This document shows positions 62,101 through 64,000 of a DNA stretch of 64,000 nt, piece after piece. Source of the DNA: Amoebidium appalachense (taxonomy: Eukaryota > Protista > Ichthyosporea); NCBI GenBank assembly GCA_963693365.1, contig CAVNZM010000006.1, positions 11,411,355-11,475,354 on the forward strand, given 5' to 3'. Under the pieces are notes generated by a model, which saw nothing but the letters and a program-made list of their open reading frames with translations, made no database searches and was not told the DNA's origin. The first letter of the stretch is position 1. Each line of letters opens with the position of its first letter. The position numbers and the translations under genes were made by a program.

Positions 62101-64000
62101 CTAATTCGTCCGTCCATTTTAACCGTCGGTGTTTTTCTCCGTAACACTCGGCATTGATGGGTCGGGCTCGCTCTGCATAATTTAAAATGTGACGGCGGAG
62201 ATAGGAAGTAATACCCAGAAAACCCCGGAGTTGGTGTAGTGTGTTTGGTACCGGCCAATCTTTTACTGCCTGAACCTTTTTCGGGTCGGGCCGAATGCCA
62301 TTCACACCTACAATCCAACCCAAAAACGGTATTTCCGTTAGCCCAATGTATGTCTTTGCCCCATCGAGCTTAACACCATATTCACCGAGACGGGTGAAAA
62401 GTCGGTCAAGCTTCTGTATTAATTCTTTTTCGGTGTGTGCACCCACAGCTAAATCATCGGCATATATCACCACGTCATCGGCCAGAGGGGCCAAAATCTG
62501 TGTCATGATAGATGCTAGCTGGGACGGGCAAGTACTGAGCCCCTGTGGTGCCACACAATAACGATACTGCACACCAGCCACAGAAAATCCTGTTTTTTCA
62601 CGTGACTCAGCGTCTAGCAGTATTTGGTAAAAGGCACCCGACATATCAGCTTTACAGAAATACTTATACCCAGCCAACTTCTCTATTTGTTGTTGCAAGT
62701 TGGGCATGGGCCAGGCAGATTTTCGAATTTGCTTGTTAAGAGCACGAAAATCAGTCAGCAGACGGTATTTTCCGTTTGGTTTTCGTATTACGAAGGTGGG
62801 TGAATTATACTGACTGTGTGCTTGTTCCATCTGCCCTCTACGACACATATCCTCCACGATCTCCTTTGCAGCCTGCTCTTTCACTTGTTCCAACCTCCAC
62901 TGTTTTAATCGAATCGGTGGGTTATCTCCCGTGTCTATGTGCATGGTGAATCCTTTAATCTGAGGAAATTCGTCGGGGTCCGTAGTGATGAAGCAACGAG
63001 AGTGTGCTTCTAATAGTTTCTTGACCTCCGGAAGCATACTCTGAGGCACCCTATCCCAATCAAAACCGTGGGGAGCCTGGCCGGCATCGTGTGCACCCCC
63101 ACCCGAAATTTCCGAAATTTTTCGCGGGGGGGGGGGGGGGTTTTCATGATCAACGGCACACATTGATTGGTCGATCGGTGAGTGTATCGGACCGCCTCGT
63201 GTCCCACTCACATGCCCTTCGTGCCCACACATGTTATCGGTAGGCACCCGGCCCGGTGGCACGGCCGGAGGTGAATTGGGTAGGCAACCTTCTCCACCCC
63301 CCGTTGCCCACCTGATGCACTGCGCTATTGCACCAACGACGGTTTGTGTACGACTGGGGTGGGGTTCGGCTTGCAAAACACTCAGTTCGTGTATGTACTC
63401 ATGTCGGCTCGTAGGAACGAAATGACCGATGGTACCGAACACGTTCAAATCCGGACCCACACCATTTTCGCACACAACAGCAATAGATTTATCCACACTA
63501 ATTTCACAGATGGTGGGGGGGAACTTATCTCGAAATTCACGAGTAGGCTCGAAGATACCGAGGGTGCCAGCAGCAGCAGCAGCAGCAGTCACCTGCACCG
63601 TTGCACGTAATACACATCCAAAGCCAGATTTGACGGTGGTGTCGTGCTTGACGGTAACAGGACACATTGTGTAGGGGGTGTGCAAAGATGACGTCGGCAC
63701 CACCATCCCCGACACCAGTGTTAGTGAGTGTGCTTGATGATTAGTGGTGGCAATGTGTTTGTTGGCAAAATCGTTCCCAATAATCATGTCATGCTTAATA
63801 TTTTTAATTACTAAGCAAGGCCACATGAATGTTTGAGAACCGAGGCATAACGGGAGCATCACTTCACCACTCACAGCTAGAGCTTTATCGTTTTTCCTTA
63901 CAGAAGTAACAATCACATCCGAGGGTTGCAAAGCAAACTCCTGCATGTGCCGGGAAAGAACAGCTTCACTAACCACCGTGAATGATGCCCCAGTGTCAAA
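59155..64000 (-). mobile_element. Ty3/gypsy LTR retrotransposon with chromodomain (5' part lies outside the window)
   Basis: Domain order PR-RT-RH-INT-chromo. Putative 3' LTR 59155-59764 with imperfect terminal inverted repeat (TGTTGTATAATAT versus TGTGGTATATTAT) and an adjacent PPT-like GGTGGGGCG. The 5' LTR is not visible, so the LTR limits are unconfirmed. Confidence 0.9.
59805..64000 (-). pseudogene. Gypsy pol with two +1 frameshifts (about 61965 and about 60633)
   Basis: DTGA protease at the window edge, IIGNDF, YRLLTDFRALN, APQGL, YADD, CDAS, ESDHKP, DADGLSR, H..AH...CTQC, VDLMGP, SDQGSEF, HPQSNG(L)NER, chromodomain EWVVEKVLD...YQIKWAG...SWE. There is an extra A in an A6 run in RNase H and an extra T in the integrase. 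Confidence 0.88.

Overview
Eukaryotic, intron-rich genomic DNA. Its introns are packed with (CA)n/(TG)n microsatellites and long G/C homopolymers, and most ORFs in the supplied track are translations of these repeats. A unicellular holozoan-like host is plausible but is only an inference. Three spliced genes were assembled by hand: an unidentified coiled-coil protein ending in an ArsR-like winged helix (minus, about 1.2-9.4 kb); KRI1 (plus, 10.0-25.8 kb), head-to-head with it across a short promoter carrying E2F and CCAAT motifs; and mitochondrial methylmalonate-semialdehyde dehydrogenase ALDH6A1 (plus, 37.6-44.3 kb). The right 18 kb is a retrotransposon island: a Ty1/copia element with a second copia nested in its RT in reverse orientation, then a chromodomain-bearing Ty3/gypsy element that runs off the window. 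Smaller elements are two TIR MITEs, a 5'-truncated LINE with an 18-bp TSD, and several minisatellites. The most unusual observations are a tandem array of 22 copies of a KRI1 exon end plus splice donor, an rps13-like organellar fragment in the same intron, a copia PBS whose codon triplet is TAC instead of ATG, a gag that starts inside its LTR, splice acceptors with no polypyrimidine tract, and two probable GC-AG introns. I see no convincing evidence of a wholly new multi-gene system.
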